A stretch of 64,000 nucleotides of DNA, taken from contig JBASTN010000046.1 of NCBI GenBank assembly GCA_049274915.1, positions 6,519 to 70,518 of the forward strand, read 5' to 3'. Below, in pieces: positions 10,047 through 18,228 of this stretch. Under the pieces are notes generated by a model. That model did no database searches. It was not told where the DNA came from and saw nothing but the letters and a program-made list of their open reading frames with translations. The position numbers and the translations under genes are program-made. This DNA comes from Solirubrobacterales bacterium (lineage in GTDB: Bacteria > Actinomycetota > Thermoleophilia > Solirubrobacterales > JACPNS01). Numbering within the stretch: the stretch's first letter is position 1; every line of letters begins with the position of its first letter.

Positions 10047-10153
10047 CACTACACATTGAACCGCTTCCGACGGACGGCTGTCGCGCGCGCCGCCTCGCAT
10101 CAAATCGCTCACGCTGGGCCGCGCAGCACGGTCATCTACCAAGCGCGGTCCTG

Positions 10154-12034
10154 ATCGGGTAGGAGCCGGGCTCACCCCGGCTCCCCCCACACCACCTAGC
10201 ATGCGGGTCCGCACTAGGCGGTTCGCTCAACTTCCCGAAAACGTCGGTAGGGATTGACAAATCCCTTCAGTCCAAGCTGGTCCCAGTAGTCATTGGGCAG
10301 TGCCCGCTGGAGGACGGCGGTGCCTGCGATTCGCCAGTAGCCCTTGCGTGAGAGTGCCCATTGGTGAGCCTTCTCCTCGGGGATTCCCAGCGCTCGCAGG
10401 TTGCGGCGACGCGTGCGCCACCGCTTCCATTCCTTCCAGCGAACTTGCCGCAAGCGACGCCTGAGCCAGCTGTCGAGTGCGATGAACGGCGTAGGCGTAT
10501 CAGCCAACGAGAAGTAGGCCGTCCACCCAACCGTGAACTTGTTGATCTCACGAATGCGCCACCGCATCGAGACGCCCCACTTGCGAGAGGTCAGCTTGCG
10601 GATTCGAGCCTCGGCGCGCTTGCGCGCCTTGGGATCGATCCGCAGCTTGACCTCGCCCTTGCGGCGAAAGAAGCCGAACCCGAGAAAGGTTCGGCGTGTC
10701 GCCGGGGCAACCGCTGACTTGCTGCGGTTGACCTTGAGCCTCAGGCGTCCTTCGACAAACTGCGTTGTGCTGTCCATGACTCGCCCTGCCGCCCGTTTGC
10801 TGTTGACGTAAATCATCACGTCGTCGGCGTAGCGGACGAACTTGTGGCCGCGACCTTCCAGCATCCCGTCGAGGTCGTCGAGCATGATGTTGGCCAGCAG
10901 CGGCGAGAGCGGGGAGCCTTGTGGCGTGCCTTCCTCGCTTAACTGCTTGACCTCATCAACGACGACGCCTGCAATCAGGGACTGCCGGATTAGGCGCAGC
11001 ACTTGCTTGTCGGATACCCGTCTTGCAATCCGCGCCATCAGAGCGTCGTGGTTCACCCGATCAAAGAACGAATCGAGATCAAGATCGACGACCCACCCTG
11101 CGCCTTTAGCGATATGGCGACGAGCCGCCAAAACAGCGTCGTGCGCAGAGCGCCCGGGGCGAAAGCCGAAGCTTGCCGCCGAGAAGTGCGGATCGAACAC
11201 GGGAGTTAGCACTTGCAGAATGGCCTGCTGGATCAAGCGATCCAGCGCCGTTGGCACCCCGAGGCCCCGGCTTCCGCCGGCGGGTTTTGGGATCGTTACC
11301 CGCCGGACAGGTTCCGGCCTGTGGGTGCCCGCATTGAGCCGAGCACGAACGTCTGGCCAGTGCCGATGAAGCCACTGGCGCAGGTCATTGGTGCTCATCC
11401 CGTCGATGCCAGGGGCACCGGCGTTCTGCTCGACGCGTTTGAGTGCCCGCGCAAGGTTCTCGCGGGAAAGGAGTTCTTCCCACAGGTCGCTTGCATGGGC
11501 CGGGTCAGGCGTGGTCTTGCCCTGCGCCGGATTCTCGCTGTGCTCTTGGGCGGGGCGCGTTGGCTTCACCGCTGCGCCTTTCGCTCAAGGCTCCTTGCGG
11601 AGTTGGCTGCGTTGATTGCGAGATTCGCGAGCAAGGGCATCCTGTTCCTGTTGTTTTGCGTTCGGTCCTTCCCGGCTGTTGATCCCGCCGGTAATACGAC
11701 CTCTGCTGACTTCTCTGCGGCGAGCCGCGGCTTTGCAGCCACGGTTGTCATTTGACACCCGCAGAGATCTCCCGGGATAAGGCCAGACACCTTCACCGCA
11801 CTCCCGCCGCATCTACGTTGTGATCCCTTGATGGCATTGGGCTTCGTCGTGTTTGGCCGACTCGCCCGGATCACCCCGCCTTGTATGCGATTCGTGTTCC
11901 TCGGGTCGCGGATTCGCCTCGGGCTTCCTTCCCACCCCGCCTCGCGGCGACGCAGTTGCCTCTGACTTGTGGTTGGAGACATCATCCTCCACAGGGGACT
12001 TTCACCCCCGAGCGTCTGGTCATGCCCGGCGTAC
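10154..12034 (-). mobile_element. Group II intron, bacterial class C (IIC)-like, ~1.88 kb, with intron-encoded RT/maturase
   Basis: - 5' end: GUACGCCGGGCAUG at 12034, followed by GGGGGUGAAAGUCCCC, GAGGAACACGAA and AGAAGUCAGCAGAGGUC...GGGAAGGACCGAAC motifs.
- Domain V at 10222-10191: 9-bp lower helix with CGC and a G.U wobble, 4-bp upper helix, 2-nt 3' bulge.
- A GUG linker follows.
- Domain VI at 10187-10157: bulged A at 10160, 7 nt from the terminal GAU (10156-10154). Confidence 0.85.
10214..11569 (-). CDS. Group II intron reverse transcriptase/maturase (no endonuclease domain)
   Basis: 451 aa. It has RT motifs (GIDGMS, RRVTIPKPAGGSRGLGVPT, PQGSPLSPLLANI, YADDVMIYV) and a maturase/X-like C-terminus. 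It ends without an HNH region. Confidence 0.93.
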   Translation of the reverse strand: MKPTRPAQEHSENPAQGKTTPDPAHASDLWEELLSRENLARALKRVEQNAGAPGIDGMSTNDLRQWLHRHWPDVRARLNAGTHRPEPVRRVTIPKPAGGSRGLGVPTALDRLIQQAILQVLTPVFDPHFSAASFGFRPGRSAHDAVLAARRHIAKGAGWVVDLDLDSFFDRVNHDALMARIARRVSDKQVLRLIRQSLIAGVVVDEVKQLSEEGTPQGSPLSPLLANIMLDDLDGMLEGRGHKFVRYADDVMIYVNSKRAAGRVMDSTTQFVEGRLRLKVNRSKSAVAPATRRTFLGFGFFRRKGEVKLRIDPKARKRAEARIRKLTSRKWGVSMRWRIREINKFTVGWTAYFSLADTPTPFIALDSWLRRRLRQVRWKEWKRWRTRRRNLRALGIPEEKAHQWALSRKGYWRIAGTAVLQRALPNDYWDQLGLKGFVNPYRRFREVERTA

Positions 12035-12040
12035 CAATAG

Positions 12041-12073
12041 AAAGGCCGCACCCGGAGTCCGGGCACGGCCTTT
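12041..12073 (-). terminator. Intrinsic terminator hairpin of ino1
   Basis: The minus strand reads AAAGGCCGUGCCCGGACUCCGGGUGCGGCCUUU. 13 of 15 stem positions pair, with a 3-nt loop and a U-run at the 3' side. It starts 27 nt after the ino1 stop. Confidence 0.7.
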
Positions 12074-12100
12074 CCAACGCTGTTTATCCGCCGTGGCAGG

Positions 12101-13483
12101 CTACTTCTTGGCTGCGACCTTGCGCTTGGCGGGGGCGAGCTTGGCGGGGGCGCGTTTGGCGGGGGCGCGTTTGGCCGGTGCCGCCTTGCGCTTGACAGCG
12201 CTCGCGCGACCGGCGCCCGCCTTGGCTCGGGTTGCGCCGAGCTTCGGCTTGCCAGCGTTCATGGCGATGAACTTCTCGGTGTCGATGCGTGCCTGCGCGT
12301 CGGGGCGCTGGTTCTGCGGCGACTTCATCAGGTACGACGACGGTCCGTCGAGCTGACCGCTGATGCCGTTGTTGAGCGCGAGCTTGCACATACGCACTGC
12401 GTCGATCACGATGCCGGCGCTGTTGGGCGAGTCCCAGACCTCGAGCTTGAGCTCGACGTTGAGCGGCACGTCACCGAAGGCCTGGCCCTCGACGCGAATG
12501 TGCGCCCACTTGCGGTCGGTCAGCCACGGCACGTAGTCGCTCGGGCCGATGTAGACGTCGTCGGCCGGGAGCGTGTGCTCCATGATCGAGGTCACGGCAT
12601 TGGTCTTGGAGATCTTCTTGCTCTCAAGACGCTCGCGCTCGAGCATGTTGTAGAAGTCCATGTTGCCGCCGACGTTGAGCTGCGAGGTCTTGACCATCTT
12701 CACTCCGCGCTCGCCGAACAGCGTGGCCAGCTGACGATGAACGATCGTCGCGCCGACCTGGCTCTTGATGTCGTCACCGACGATCGGCAGGCCGGCCTTC
12801 TTGAAGCGCTTGTCCCAGTAGGGCTCGCGGGCGATGAACACGGGGATGCAGTTGACGAAGCCACAGCCGGCCTCGAGGATCTGCTCGACGTACCACTTGG
12901 TCGCGTCTTCGCTGCCGACCGGCAGATACGAGACGACTACGTCGGTGCGTGTGTCTTTGAGGATCTTGACGATGTCGGCAGTCTCACCGGGGGCCTTGGT
13001 GATCTTCTGCTTGAGGTACTTGCCGAGTCCGTCGTGGGTCATACCGCGCTCGACGGTTACGCCGAGCTTCTTCGGGACCTTGGCGAACTTCATCGTGTTG
13101 TTCGGGTCGGCCCAGATCGCCTCGCCGAGGTCTTTGCCGACCTTCTTGGCGTTGATGTCGATCGCGGCGGAAAACTCAATGTCGCTGATGTGGTATCCGC
13201 CGAGGTCGACGTGCATCAGGCCGGGGACATCCTGCGTAGCGTCGGCGTTCTTGTAGTACTCGACGCCCTGCACGAAGGCGCTGGCGCAGTTACCGACGCC
13301 GATGATCGCCACGCGGACTTTGTCGCTCTGGTAGCGGGCGGCGCCGTTTCCATTACGGGCGGCACCGTTACGGGCGGCGCCGTTCTTGACGGCACTTGCT
13401 GAAGTTGATTTGCGGGCGGCTGCGCTGGTGCGCGCCGCGCCATTTGACTTGTTGCTGCCGGACTTCTTGGGGGCAGGACTCAC
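12101..13483 (-). CDS. ino1: myo-Inositol-1-phosphate synthase with basic low-complexity N- and C-terminal tails
   Basis: The core [25 protein letters not shown]...[12 protein letters not shown]...[15 protein letters not shown]...[25 protein letters not shown] matches actinobacterial Ino1. The start is GTG at 13483, preceded by GGAAGGA. Confidence 0.9.
   Translation of the reverse strand: MSPAPKKSGSNKSNGAARTSAAARKSTSASAVKNGAARNGAARNGNGAARYQSDKVRVAIIGVGNCASAFVQGVEYYKNADATQDVPGLMHVDLGGYHISDIEFSAAIDINAKKVGKDLGEAIWADPNNTMKFAKVPKKLGVTVERGMTHDGLGKYLKQKITKAPGETADIVKILKDTRTDVVVSYLPVGSEDATKWYVEQILEAGCGFVNCIPVFIAREPYWDKRFKKAGLPIVGDDIKSQVGATIVHRQLATLFGERGVKMVKTSQLNVGGNMDFYNMLERERLESKKISKTNAVTSIMEHTLPADDVYIGPSDYVPWLTDRKWAHIRVEGQAFGDVPLNVELKLEVWDSPNSAGIVIDAVRMCKLALNNGISGQLDGPSSYLMKSPQNQRPDAQARIDTEKFIAMNAGKPKLGATRAKAGAGRASAVKRKAAPAKRAPAKRAPAKLAPAKRKVAAKK
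12126..12185. repeat. 15-bp tandem repeat x4 inside the ino1 3' end (encodes the APAKR-type tail)
   Basis: TTGGCGGGGGCGCGT-type units read directly from the sequence. Confidence 0.85.
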
Positions 13484-13734
13484 TGGGGATGTTCCTTCCG
13501 TCGATTACGGGTACGGGTACGGGTTGATCGCGATCAAGCGGTGTATGAAGTCGGTGTCCGCGAAGCGGGACTGCCGAGGTCTTGCGGGGGCCTTGCGCCG
13601 AAAAACGGTACAAGCGCACTCGGCCTGCGCACGGTCACGATCTTGCCGTGCGACTTGAGAGCCGAGGATAGAGGGTGAGACACCGGAATCGATGCCCGGT
13701 TACACGGCGTGCAGCGCGAAAAGTCCGTATTCCG

Positions 13735-14418
13735 TCAGGCCGCGGCGGCGCGCTGCGCGTCGATCTTCTTGCTCTCGCGATAGACATGTGCGATGCGCTG
13801 GAACATCGTAAAGAGGCTGAGGCCGGCGAGCAGGTAGACGCCCGATTTCAGCAACGATACGTCGACGAGACCGCCCAGGCCGTTGGCAAAGAACAGCGCG
13901 ATCGAGATGATCACGACGCGTACAGCGCGGTTGGCGATCCCGACCTTGCACTCGATTCCGAGGGCCTCGGCGCGGGCGCGTGTGTAAGAGACCATCAGCG
14001 ACCCAAGCACGGCGAGCACGACCGCCGCGACTGCAACCTCGTCGTTGCCGGAGTAGACGCCAGCGTGTCCGGTGACGAACTGCATCGCGATCACCGTCAA
14101 AACGATGCCCTCTTCAATGCGGTCGAGCGAGCTGTCGAGGAAGGCGCCAAACAGCGTCGCCTTGCCGCTCATCCGCGAGTACTTTCCGTCGAGCAGGTCC
14201 ATGCATGAACCGAGCACGAAGGCGACGCCGGCGAGCACGTATAGCTGCTGCGTAACCAGCGCGGCGGCGGCGATGTTGCCGACTAGGCCGGTCATCGAGA
14301 TCGCGTTCGGCGTCAGACGCGAATCGATCAAACGGTTGCGCGCGGAGTCAGAGAGAATCTGGCCGCGCTGGCGATCGGGTGCCTGGCGATCGGGTGCCTG
14401 GCGATCGGGCGAGCTCAC
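13735..14418 (-). CDS. CDP-alcohol phosphatidyltransferase (phosphatidylinositol-phosphate synthase-like)
   Basis: Has the family motif DLLDGKYSRMSGKATLFGAFLDSSLDRIEEG (DGx2ARx8Gx3Dx3D type) and multiple TM helices. I prefer GTG 14418, which forms a GTGA overlap with the upstream gene stop, over the track start 14496, which would give an 82-nt overlap. Confidence 0.8.
   Translation of the reverse strand: MSSPDRQAPDRQAPDRQRGQILSDSARNRLIDSRLTPNAISMTGLVGNIAAAALVTQQLYVLAGVAFVLGSCMDLLDGKYSRMSGKATLFGAFLDSSLDRIEEGIVLTVIAMQFVTGHAGVYSGNDEVAVAAVVLAVLGSLMVSYTRARAEALGIECKVGIANRAVRVVIISIALFFANGLGGLVDVSLLKSGVYLLAGLSLFTMFQRIAHVYRESKKIDAQRAAAA
14371..14410. repeat. 15-bp tandem repeat x2.7 (GCGATCGGGTGCCTG), encodes DRQAP repeats at the N-terminus of the CDP-alcohol transferase
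   Basis: Direct reading of the sequence. Confidence 0.9.
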
Positions 14419-16274
14419 GCGGTACCGCCACGAGACGCGGTCTCGTTGTCGCGCTTGATGTTTTCGTCGTCGTCGATCATCCAGCCTTCGGCACAACTGG
14501 GCGCGCCGCCGACGAGTCGGCCGATCGAGAAATCTGAGCTGATGGTGACCACAGGCGGACGGGACGATACCGCGTCACCCGACGGTCCGGTGGGGGCCGC
14601 AGAGCCGACCGGCGGCTTGTCGGGAAGCAAGATCTCGAGGTAGCCCTCGTCGGTCGCGCGGATACAGCCGACCGATGGCCGCAGGAAGCGCTGCCAGCGC
14701 ACGCGAGTGACGCTCGCGCCGTAACGCTCAGGCTGAATTTGAAAGCCCTGTTGCGGATCGCTGCCGAACTGCGGCTCAATACCTCCACCCCGTGGCAGCG
14801 TGACGCGATAGATGCGCCAGTCCCGCAGGGTCGCCGAGAGGTCCAAGTACGGCAGTCCTTTACGAATCAGCTCGGCTTCGAGGCGCGCCGAGTAGTCCGG
14901 CGTAGCTCGTGACAGCGCAACCCAGCGGACGTTGTTCTCGATCAGCCATTGGGCGTAGGAGTTATGGGTGAGATCGTCTTCGTAGAAGATCGCGTTGTAC
15001 TTGGTGTCGAGCTGACGTTCCCAGCCGCGCGCGATCGGTCGGCGATTAGCGACGTAGGCGGCCTCGAAGTGGTTGCGTGTGAAGACGATCTCGACGACCT
15101 CCCGACGTGACGGGTCCTGCCGGTCGAGAAACTGGTTGACGGGAGCGAAGTACTGCGGATCGGCGGTGTCGTCACGGGTCACTACCGCCCAGGCCGCGGT
15201 CGCGCCCTGCCACGCCAGCAATGGAATAACGACCGCCAGCGCGTAGCGGCCCGAGCGAGGCCACAACGCCGCCGCCGCGATCGTCGGGAAGACGATCATT
15301 CCGAGGCGAATCGCGTTGCCGCCGATCGGCGATGCGATCAGTTCGTTGCCGGTTAGAAAGATCGCGTAGAGCACGACCCCCGTGGCGACTAGTCGTCGCG
15401 GCTCGGGCGCGAGATCGTCGCGGATGAAGTACCAGAAGAACGCGGTAAAGGCCAGCGAGCCGAGGTACGAAGCCGGATGGAATGGCTGACTGCCGCCTTC
15501 GGGGAACAGCGCCGAGGCGACGATCGCCGGCAGCAGAGTCGTCACAGCAACGACCATATAGGCGTGTTGTGGAGTCGCCCAAACGGCGTTGATCGTCTGG
15601 CGCACTGTCTCGCGGACACCGCGCGCCTGCCCGCGGCGCCGGCCGTCGCGAACCCTGCGAAGTGTCTCCAATGGGTGGCCCCCAAGCCAGACCGTGAATG
15701 CGATGAAAGAAATGAACAGTGCGGCCAACGGACTGGTCAACGCGCAGTTGACGGCCAAAAATGCGGCAACCCATGGGCGATCGTGCGCGGCGGCTAGTAG
15801 CGCGGCGAGCCCGATCGCCACGCTCAATGCATACGGCAGCTGACCGATCACAAGTGTCGCGCTGAATACGAGCGCAAAGACATACGTAGCCGCGACCGCG
15901 CCGCGCCGCGGGAAAACCTGTCGCGCAAGCACGGAGAACAACAGCACGCCAAGGATGTAGGCCAGCGCCCCAGCCAATCGCACGCCGATCGTCGCGGCGA
16001 GCGTTGGGAACATCACGCCATACGAGACCAGATAGTGCCCGCCGTACCAGTTGTAGTTCCAAACGAAAAATCCGTCGTCCTTGAACAACTCGGCGCGATA
16101 GAGATGCGCGGCGAGATCTCCACCGCGAAGATCCAGCAGGAAGTACAGCGCGCTGATCGCGAAGGCCAGGCCGACCGGCCCGAGGTGAGGGCGGACGAAG
16201 TCGCGGCTGCGGCGCGCCATCGAACGCGCCCGTGAACGCGCCGCCTTGGGTGCGTCAGCTGCTGCGGACATCAC
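14415..16274 (-). CDS. Large polytopic membrane protein, GT-C-like (resembles PTPS-related/COG5617-type membrane proteins)
   Basis: 619 aa with about a dozen TM helices. The N-terminal motif GGDLAAHLYRAELFKDDGFFVWNYNWYGGHY is followed by a soluble C-terminal domain. It is translationally coupled on both sides (GTGA overlaps at 16271-16274 and 14415-14418). Confidence 0.5.
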   Translation of the reverse strand: MMSAAADAPKAARSRARSMARRSRDFVRPHLGPVGLAFAISALYFLLDLRGGDLAAHLYRAELFKDDGFFVWNYNWYGGHYLVSYGVMFPTLAATIGVRLAGALAYILGVLLFSVLARQVFPRRGAVAATYVFALVFSATLVIGQLPYALSVAIGLAALLAAAHDRPWVAAFLAVNCALTSPLAALFISFIAFTVWLGGHPLETLRRVRDGRRRGQARGVRETVRQTINAVWATPQHAYMVVAVTTLLPAIVASALFPEGGSQPFHPASYLGSLAFTAFFWYFIRDDLAPEPRRLVATGVVLYAIFLTGNELIASPIGGNAIRLGMIVFPTIAAAALWPRSGRYALAVVIPLLAWQGATAAWAVVTRDDTADPQYFAPVNQFLDRQDPSRREVVEIVFTRNHFEAAYVANRRPIARGWERQLDTKYNAIFYEDDLTHNSYAQWLIENNVRWVALSRATPDYSARLEAELIRKGLPYLDLSATLRDWRIYRVTLPRGGGIEPQFGSDPQQGFQIQPERYGASVTRVRWQRFLRPSVGCIRATDEGYLEILLPDKPPVGSAAPTGPSGDAVSSRPPVVTISSDFSIGRLVGGAPSCAEGWMIDDDENIKRDNETASRGGTA

Positions 16275-17155
16275 TCAGCAGTATGCCCGGCCGCAGCGGA
16301 CCCGGCCGCTTCGTTATCGCCGACGAACTCAGCCACGAGATCAAATATCGCCGGCTGATCAACCCATGCCCAGTGGCCGGCATCGGGGAAATACTTGACT
16401 TCGGCCCCGTGGATTCGATCGGCAAATGCCTGTGCAAACTTTGCGTCGATGTAGGGGTCGGCCTCGCCCCACAGCACGAGCGTCGGAGAGCTGAGCAGCC
16501 CGAGCCGCTCGCCGGCCTGTTCGAGCACCTCAGATGGCGCAGAGCGATAAAGCTTGAGAATTGCGCGTTGGGTTCCGTGGTCGAAGTGTTTCCAGATCGA
16601 GTCGACCATCTCTGACGGCATCAACTGGCGACCGGGGCGCGCCTCTCGCAGGATCTGACGCAGCGCGAACTTCGTGGTGATACCCATGACGAACTCGCCG
16701 AGCCCCGGCGTCCGCCACATGCGGGCCGTGCGGTGCCAGCGGTAGTCTGGCAACAGCGGTACCGAGTTGATGATCACCAGTCGTTCGAGACGGTCCGGAA
16801 GCTCCTGTGCGGTGACCAAGGCGAGAGCGCCCCAGTCATGCACGACAAGGCTGAAGCGCTCCCAGCCAAGCTGGCCGATGAACGCTTGGAGGAACGCGTT
16901 GTAGCCGCCGATCGAGTATTCGAACGACTGCGATTTCTCGGAGCGACCGAAGCCGGGCAGGTCGAGGGCCACGCCGCCCGTACGTTGCAGAAACGGGGTC
17001 CAGTCATCTGCGTTGGTCGGAACGCCGTGCACGTACAGCACGGGAGCTGTGTTTTCGGCACCAGGCGGCTGTGGAGCCGAGCGCCAAAAGGTTTGTGTTC
17101 CGGCGATCTGTTCGGAGTGTTCACTGATCGTCAGCGGGGGATCACTGGCTTGCAT
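16271..17155 (-). CDS. Alpha/beta hydrolase (haloalkane dehalogenase / epoxide hydrolase-like)
   Basis: VLYVHGVPTNADDW, DLPGFGRSEK and SLVVHDWGALAL (nucleophile elbow) are present. I place the start at ATG 17155 (MQASDPPL). The 122-codon upstream extension in the track is Arg-rich and overlaps the divergent gene. Confidence 0.8.
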   Translation of the reverse strand: MQASDPPLTISEHSEQIAGTQTFWRSAPQPPGAENTAPVLYVHGVPTNADDWTPFLQRTGGVALDLPGFGRSEKSQSFEYSIGGYNAFLQAFIGQLGWERFSLVVHDWGALALVTAQELPDRLERLVIINSVPLLPDYRWHRTARMWRTPGLGEFVMGITTKFALRQILREARPGRQLMPSEMVDSIWKHFDHGTQRAILKLYRSAPSEVLEQAGERLGLLSSPTLVLWGEADPYIDAKFAQAFADRIHGAEVKYFPDAGHWAWVDQPAIFDLVAEFVGDNEAAGSAAAGHTAE

Positions 17156-17256
17156 CACCGATGCAGCGTAGTGAGCGTGGGCGGGTGCGGGCTCGGTCGA
17201 AGGCCTGGTGTCGCCTCGCCCGATGCCCTGTGGCGCGGCGCGGTACCGTGCCGACG

Positions 17257-17994
17257 ATGCCCGCTCGCGTTGCCAAGTCCGACTGGAAACCACCGCACGG
17301 AAACCGGCTGCGATCAATTCGTGCTCGGTTGCGCGAGTACTACGGCGTGCCCCTCCCCAAGCCACATCACGACCCGGCGGCGGAACTCGTGTTGACGGTG
17401 CTCTCACAGAACACCAACGACCGCAACCGCGACGTTGCCTATTCCCGGCTCGAAGAGCGCTGGTCGACCTGGGAGGCCGTCCGCGCCGCGCCGGTCGAGG
17501 AGATCGAAGCGGCGATCGCACCGGGTGGAATTAGCAAGATCAAATCGGCTCGGATCAAACAGATTCTCGACCGCGTCGCCAACGATCCCCTGCCTGACGG
17601 CGCCGACCCCGCCGGGCAGTGGACTCGCACCCGTGAGATCGATCTCGACTGGATCGCTTCGACACCGCTCGACGTTTCGCGCGACTACCTCTGCACGCTG
17701 CCCGGCGTAGCGCGCAAAACGGCGGCCTGCGTCTTGCTGTTCGCATACGGACTGCCCGACATTCCCGTCGACACGCACGTCGGCCGGGTCGGAACGCGAC
17801 TCGGGCTGTTTCGGCCGGCGGCGTCATTTGAGGAGATGCACGACGCGATCCTGTCACTCGCGCCGCCCGAACTCGCCCACGAGATGCACGTCAACCTGAT
17901 CCGCCACGGCCGTCGTCTCTGCCACGCCCGCGCACCGCAGTGCCCGGTTTGTCCGCTACGCCAGATCTGCCCCAGCGCCGGGCAGTTCGAGTAA
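17257..17994 (+). CDS. Endonuclease III-like HhH-GPD DNA glycosylase with 4Fe-4S cluster loop
   Basis: LVLTVLSQNTNDRN, an HhH region, and the C-terminal CHARAPQCPVCPLRQIC. I place the start at ATG 17257 (MPARVAK). Confidence 0.8.
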   Translation: MPARVAKSDWKPPHGNRLRSIRARLREYYGVPLPKPHHDPAAELVLTVLSQNTNDRNRDVAYSRLEERWSTWEAVRAAPVEEIEAAIAPGGISKIKSARIKQILDRVANDPLPDGADPAGQWTRTREIDLDWIASTPLDVSRDYLCTLPGVARKTAACVLLFAYGLPDIPVDTHVGRVGTRLGLFRPAASFEEMHDAILSLAPPELAHEMHVNLIRHGRRLCHARAPQCPVCPLRQICPSAGQFE

Positions 17995-18014
17995 CCACGG
18001 CGAGCTGCAAACAG

Positions 18015-18050
18015 CAGAGGCCCCGCGGTGATCGCACCGCAGGGCCTCTG
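18015..18050. terminator. Long GC-rich hairpin after the glycosylase gene (possible bidirectional terminator)
   Basis: CAGAGGCCCCGCGGTG-ATCG-CACCGCAGGGCCTCTG forms a 16-bp stem with one mismatch. It is followed by TAAAG rather than a clean U-run. Confidence 0.45.
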
Positions 18051-18094
18051 TAAAGCAACGCGCCGGTTCGCGCAGCGACTCATCGGCCGCATAC

Positions 18095-18150
18095 CTTCAC
18101 AAATCTATAATGGAGGCACTTAGGTTTTCTGTCATACTGTGATTCAGCCC
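18095..18150 (+). promoter_or_regulatory. AT-rich putative dnaK operon promoter region (TATAAT at 18106-18111)
   Basis: A locally AT-rich patch in a GC-rich genome lies about 120 nt upstream of dnaK. It contains a perfect TATAAT hexamer. No convincing -35 and no canonical HAIR or CIRCE was seen. Confidence 0.25.
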
Positions 18151-18228
18151 AAGCTGCCTACAGAGCTTTGATGACGGCCGTACGCACCCCCGCGATGCCG
18201 CATCCCAATCCCCACAGGAGTTAGAACG

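Noticed and set aside
10157-10187. GC-rich hairpin GGGGGAGCCGGGGUGAGCCCGGCUCCUACCC, first taken as intron domain V because it contains AGC.
   Set aside because: It has no upper helix or correctly placed bulge. It fits domain VI instead, with a bulged A 7 nt from the 3' end. A better domain V with a CGC triad lies just upstream at 10222-10191.
12047-12051. GUGCG (consensus group II 5' end) inside the 3' arm of the terminator hairpin, considered as the intron start.
   Set aside because: Starting the intron there would make half of a near-perfect terminator stem intron-derived, and the 3' exon does not restore the stem. The downstream GUACGCCGGGCAUG (12034) aligns better with the IIC 5' region as I remember it and places the insertion after the terminator, as expected for class C.
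17156-17521. 122-codon N-terminal extension of the alpha/beta hydrolase ORF, and the 32-codon extension of the glycosylase ORF (17161-17256).
   Set aside because: The two extensions would overlap each other on opposite strands. Both are Arg/Pro-rich with no homology. Internal ATGs give family-typical N-termini and leave a 101-nt divergent promoter region.
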